This document shows positions 53,729 through 64,000 of a stretch of 64,000 nt of DNA, one piece after another. How positions within the stretch are numbered: position 1 is the first letter of the stretch; the number at the start of each line of letters is the position of its first letter. Origin of the DNA: the human T2T-CHM13v2.0 reference genome, Homo sapiens; the NCBI RefSeq assembly GCF_009914755.1, contig NC_060944.1; one strand, 5' to 3'. Under the pieces are notes generated by a model, which worked only from the letters and a program-made list of their open reading frames with translations, was not told the origin of the DNA and made no database searches. Position numbers and translations under genes: made by a program.

Positions 53729-56222
53729 AGCATAATTAGCATCATCATTACTCTGGCTGGAGCAATTGCACTCATCATTGGCTTTCGTATTTCAGGGAGA
53801 CACTCCATCACAGTCACTACTCTCACCTCAGCTGGGAACATTGGGGAGGATGGAATCCTGAGCTGCACTTTTGAACTTGACATCAAACTTTCTGATATCA
53901 TGATACAATGGCTGAAGGAAGGGGTTATAGGCTTGGTCCATGAGTTCAAAGAAGGCAAAGATGAGCTGTCAGAGCAGGATGAAATGTTCAGAGGCCTGAC
54001 AGCAGTGCTTGCTGATCAAGTGATAGTTGGCAATGCCTCTCTGCAGCTGAAAAACATACAACTCACAGATGCTGGCACCTACAAATGTTATATCATCACT
54101 TCTAAAGGCAAGGGGAATGCTAACCTTGAGTATAAAACTGGAGCCTTCAGCATACCAGAGGTGAAAGTAGACTATAATGCCAACTCAGAGACCTTGCGAT
54201 GTGAGGCTCCCTTATGGGTCTCTCAGCCCACAGTGGTCTGAAGATCCCTAGTTGACCAGGGAGCCAAATTCTCAGAAGTCTCCAATACCACCTTTGGGCT
54301 GAACTCTGAGGATGTGGCCATGAAGGTTGTGTCTGTGCTCTACAATGTTACGATCAACAACACATACTCCTGTATGATTGAAAATGACATTGCCAAAGCA
54401 ACAGGGGATATCAAAGGACAGAATCTGAGATCAAAAGGCGGAGTCACCTACAGCTGCTGAACTCAAAGTCTTCTCTGTGTGTCTCTTCTTTTTTTGCCAT
54501 CAGCTGGGCACTTCTGCTTCTTGCCCCTTACCTGATGCTAAAATAATGTGACTCGGCCACAAAAAAGCATGCAAAGTCATCGTTACAACAGGGATCTACA
54601 GAACTATTTTGCCACCAGATATGACCTAGTTTTATATTTCTGGGAGGAAGTGAATTCATATCTAGAAGTCTGGAGTGAGCAAACAAGAATAAGAAACAAA
54701 AAGAAGCCAAAAGCAGAAGGCTCCAATATGAACAAAAATAATCTATCTTCAAAGACATATTAGAAGTTGGGAAAATAATTCATCTGAACTAGACAAGAGT
54801 AATAAGTAAAATGCACGAGGAGACAAGTGCATCCCCAGATCTCAGGGACCTCCCCCTACCTATCAACTGGGGAGTGAGAGGATAGGATAGTGCGTGTTCT
54901 TTGTCTCTGAAATTTTAGTTATATGTGCTGTAATGTTGCTCTAAGAAAGCTCCCAGAAAGTCTCTATCCCAATATATACACATCTTATATTCCATGAATT
55001 AAGCTGTAGTGTATATTCTAAGATGCTGCTAATTGACTGCCACTTTGCAACTCAGGGACGGCTGCATTTTAGTAATGGGTCAAGTGATTCACTTTTCATG
55101 ATGCTTCCAAAGGTGCCTCAGTTTCTCTTCCCAACTGAAAAATGCCAAAGATAAGAAAAATGATCATAATTTTAGCATAAACAAACCAGTCTGTGACACC
55201 GATTTTATAAGTAAACTGAGCACCATCTTTTCAAACAAATGCGGGTTTATTTCTCAGATGATGTTCATCTGTGAATGCTCCAGGGAAGGACCTTTCACCG
55301 TGACTATGTGGCATTATGTCATCACAAGCTCTGAGGCTTCTCCTTTCCATCCTGCGTAGATAGCTATGACCTCAGTTTTCAATAGCATCTAGAGCAGTGG
55401 GACTCAACTGGGGAGATTTTCGCCCCCCATCCCCGGGGGAATGTCTGAAGACAATTTTGGTTGCCACAATGAGGGAGTGGAGGAGGAGACGGTGCTACTA
55501 GCATCTAGTGGGTAGAGGCCAGGGATGCTGCTCAACCTCCTACCATGTACAGGACGTCTCCCCATTACAATTACCCAGTCCCAAGGGTCAACTGTGTCAG
55601 GGCTAAGAAACCCTGATTTAGAGTAGAAAAGGGCCTAGCAAGAGGGGAACAAACAAGTCTGTCTGCTTCCTCACATTAGTCATTGGCAAATAAGCATTCT
55701 GTCTCTTTGGCTGCTGCCTCAGCACAGAGAGCCAAAACTCTATCGGACACCAGGATAACATCTCTCAGAGAACAGAGTTGACAAGGCCTGTGGGAAATGC
55801 CTGATGGGATTATCTTCAGCTTGTTGCGCTTCTAAGTTCCTTTCCCTTCATTCTACCCTCTAAGCCAAGTTCTGTAAGAGAGCTGCCTGAGTTCTACCTC
55901 AAGTTTTCTTACTCTGAATTTAGATCTCCAGACCCTGCCTGGCCACAGTTCAAATTACGGCAACAAACATATACCTTCCATGAAGCACACAGAGACTTTT
56001 GAAAGCAGGGACAATGACTGTTTGAATTGAGGCCTTGAGGAATGAAGCTTTGATGGAAAAGAATGCTTTGTTTCCAGCCCCCTTCCCACACTTTTCGTGT
56101 CTTAACCACTGCCTTCCTGGCCCTTGGAGCCACCGTGTCTGTATTACATTTTGTTATAGAAAACTAGCTTTGGAGTTCTGATCGTTCAAGAGAATGATTA
56201 AATATATATTTCCTTAAAAAAA
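53729..56222 (+). pseudogene. Processed pseudogene of VTCN1 (B7-H4)
   Basis: Intronless SIISIIITLAGAIALIIG...GNIGEDGILSCTF...QLTDAGTYKCYIITSKGKGNANLEYKTG...YLMLK* (stop 54544-54546). Premature TGA at 54239-54241, 1-nt deletion at about 54417, no start codon. Long 3' UTR, ATTAAA at 56197-56202, residual A7 tail. A chr20p11 B7-H4 pseudogene is known, as I recall. Confidence 0.95.
55395..55615. mobile_element. MER20 DNA transposon inside the retrocopied 3' UTR
   Basis: tgctactagcatctagtgggtagaggccagggatgctgct core, with ends cagtgg..ctcaac and gaaaccctg. Confidence 0.8.
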
Positions 56223-56410
56223 GGACACATAGATTTTATTTAGCATTTCTAGAGAAAGTTTTCAGTTTAACCAGTTCACAAATACTATTAAAAATGGAAA
56301 TCAAATACTCTCCTTCAGATAAAATTTTCAAGATGCTTCTGGTTGCAAGCATCAAAACCAACTGTGACTGATTTAGGCAAAAGGGGAATTTATTGGCTTG
56401 TGGAATGGCC

Positions 56411-57180
<770 letters not shown>

Positions 57181-57679
57181 AATGGGACCCCATATGTGAT
57201 AACTGAGAAGAGATCATAGTGCAGCTGAACCTTCAGAAACAATTGTGGGGAACCCCCCCCCTCCTTTGGCTCCATGTCTAGGGGCCACAGGCTCTGCCTC
57301 ACTGAAGCATGTTCTCTGCTATCCTGCAGAGCAGTGCCCCACATGGGCTCTGTGCCCAGGAAGGACACTGTTGGGGCCACACACTCGCCCCTATGGGCCC
57401 TCTGGAGGGAGGGAGCATTTGGAGGAAGAGACAGCCACTGCAGGCACAGAGTGTATTGTGTCCACACTTTCACCTCTTTTCTACCTCCTATGTGTTGTGA
57501 TGAAACTGTCCTGGAGAGAGAAGGAAAGGTGATGGATTTAGCCAGGGCACTGTGGTCACAGCACATTGCAGGAGTGCAGGAGGCTGTAGAGTCAAAGGCA
57601 GAGAGGCTGGTCTGCCCACAAAACGAGAGGCCCTGGCACTGGAGCTCAGGAGCTAGAGGTGCTGACCACTTCTTGACAG

Positions 57680-58119
57680 AGCAGGAGTTTCGCCATCTTG
57701 GACAAGCACTGTCATTTTAAAGTTCACGTTAATCAAAAACCACCTAAATCCAAGGGGCAGCAGCCTAACGGCTAAGGTCAACATGACCATAAACCACAAA
57801 TAACATCTCTGATCAGAAACATTCCAAACTCCTCTCTGACCAGAGATATGCTAGCCCCAAGATAAGCCCCCTCCGGCCAGGAAGATGTCAGCCCCAAGGT
57901 AACAGACATTCCGACCCCATCATAAACTTCTCCCCACACAGAAACATTCTAAGTTTGTAATAAGCCCCGTCACCCTAAAACCAATATATACTTAGTCTGT
58001 AAGAGAAAGCACTCCTGACCAAAATCACCCAGAAGCCCCTCTCGGATTTTTTTTCTTAAATAAACCTGTCTTTAACTGTTAAGCTGTGTTTCATGTTTCT
58101 TTCCTCTTTAACTCTTACA
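57680..58119 (+). mobile_element. Solo ERV1 (MER4-group) LTR
   Basis: agaaacattcc repeats, aataaa and terminal ...taactcttaca; exact family uncertain. Confidence 0.65.
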
Positions 58120-58525
58120 CTTCTCTTCTAGCTTTGCTCCGCAGAGAGGCGGGCTGGGATGCCCAGGGTAGTGCAGGGGTAGGACACCTCTATCAGTAGT
58201 TCTACCGAGACACCATGAAAGCAGGCCGTGTCCCCAAAGAGAAATGCAGGTGGCCCCAAAAGAAGGAGGAAGGATTGCTGGGCAGGCAGAGATGACAGAT
58301 GGGGTTTCAGAAGGATAGGGCCACTGCCAGGGCCAGGAATTAGGCAAGAGAAGGAATCTCTCTCCTGGTATAAAACTAGACAATGCTGTGTCCACATCAC
58401 ATGATGAGACCTGTTCAAAAGAACTAATGGGGAAATAGCCTGGAGCTCTCCTAGAGGGACAATGAACCTGAATCAGAGTTAGGAAAGGGCCAGAGCACAA
58501 CTTTCCCCAACCCCAAGGCATAGCA

Positions 58526-58725
58526 CAGAGCCCAGCCTCCTCCTTCCCCAGTGATGAGGCCAGAGCCCAGCCTCCTCCTTCCCCAGTGGTGGGGCCACAG
58601 CCCAGCCTCCTCCTTCCCCAGTGGTGGGGCCACAGCCTAGCCTCCTCCTTCCCCAGTGGTGGGGCCACAGCCTAGCCTCCTCCTGCCCCAGAGACGGGGC
58701 CAAAGCTCAGCCTCCTCCTTCCCCA
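58526..58725 (+). repeat. 35-bp minisatellite, about 5.7 copies
   Basis: Unit cacagcccagcctcctccttccccagtggtggggc starting at 58526, 58561, 58596, 58631, 58666 and 58701 (partial). Confidence 0.95.
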
Positions 58726-59865
58726 ACCGCAGGGCTGGGGAATTGCCCCAGGCCATCCACCTCGGAGTCAGCAAAGTCTAAGCAAATATCTCCTTTGCGT
58801 CCAGTGGGTACTGGAGGTTGGCAAGACCCAGAGAGGAGTACCTCTGTCACCTGGGGGACTGAGGAGGGTGGAGGGAATGGGAAAGGGGGGGCTGTTGAGA
58901 CAGGAGGGCTGCTCAGGGACCCCTCCTCTGTCCTTTCCACCACACACAGCTTTCCTGAGGTCCTTCGACTTCTGGGTGAAGACTTTCATGCTCTCATGGG
59001 ACATGGGCCAAGGGAGCATTTGGGGAGCACTTGTGTGGGGGTGGGGCTCAGGCACAAATGGGGTTAGAAGGGCATGGGCCTATGGACTGTCCAGGGCCTT
59101 GTGGGTCAGGAAGACCACCGGCATGAAGACCCTCCAGTCTCGAGACTAAAAGCCATTCCCTGCAGGGCTCAGCTGGAAACTAAGGAGCCCCATCGCCACT
59201 CTCCACGGCCCCCCATTGTAATGGCTGCTGCTTGCTCGGTAACCAGGAGAGCACAGGCAATGTGGGACTCAGCAAGAGGAACCGGGGGCTGGAGAGGACC
59301 CATCTCCGATGTTCTGAGCTTCCACTACCACATGACTGGCAGCTGTGCTGCCCCTATAGGCTCCACACCTTGAACCCTTGCCTGCTGCCCTCCTTCCCCT
59401 CCACAGCCAGGCTGCCTGCTGCATCTGCAGCCACATAGTGGGTGGCCTCATCCCGGTGGGTGAGACCAGAGCTCAGAGAGGCTCGGTGCTTCCTGCAGTC
59501 ACAAGGTGAGTGGGGCCTGGCTGTCTCCATCCTGAGGCTGTGTTCTCTCTGTGACACTCAGCTTCTCCCACTCCCCAACTGAGGATTAGTCATCAGTAGG
59601 GCCACCTTCAGCTTCTCCTGAGTCCCAATAGCAGGGAGCCCAGAAGTAATGTGGTGTTGTTTAAGCCACTGTAGTCTGGAATGGCTTTTGACATAGCAAT
59701 ACATCACTGAAAGAGTTCACGTTTTAAATAGTTACAAAGAATGTTCCCAGCACACTGTCCATATGAAGAGCTTTAAGTGAAATTATTAGAGTGCTCTTTT
59801 TAAATAAAAGGCAATTTGATGCCCACCATCATCCACTTTAGAAAATGCATTAACAAACATTTCCT

Positions 59866-64000
<4,135 letters not shown>

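Noticed and set aside
53716-53739. gccATG upstream of the VTCN1 retrocopy as a rescuing start codon
   Set aside because: Out of frame; it terminates after 7 codons (MKFLQHN*).
58526-58725. CRISPR-like array
   Set aside because: Head-to-tail repeats with no unique spacers, in a mammalian genome with no cas genes.

Overview
This is human (or closely related primate) genomic DNA, recognisable as the ACSS1-VSX1 region of chr20p11.21. Minus strand: ACSS1 (mitochondrial acetyl-CoA synthetase) coding exons 1-2 with their CpG-island promoter, and the complete VSX1 homeobox gene (five coding exons, 1098 nt = 365 aa) plus alternative 3' ends. Plus strand: a disabled processed pseudogene of VTCN1 (B7-H4) at about 53.7-56.2 kb and the 5' 4 kb of a primate L1PA element running off the window end. 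The rest is typical repeat-rich mammalian sequence (Alu, old L1M, MIR, L2, MaLR/ERV LTRs, MER DNA transposons, a GATA STR, a 1.4 kb CA-rich tract, a 35-bp minisatellite). I cannot support a wholly new biological system here. The best leads are: (1) an open L1 ORF0 whose antisense splice donors are in phase with VSX1 exons 3 and 4; (2) frame-preserving and poison splice options in VSX1 intron 1; (3) an inverted repeat and a tandem duplication of homeodomain/TCF motifs upstream of VSX1; (4) a B7-H4 retrocopy that starts at an exon boundary and keeps an open IgV frame; (5) an unexplained 145-bp direct repeat overlapping a candidate exon. Repeat subfamily names are from recall and their boundaries are approximate.
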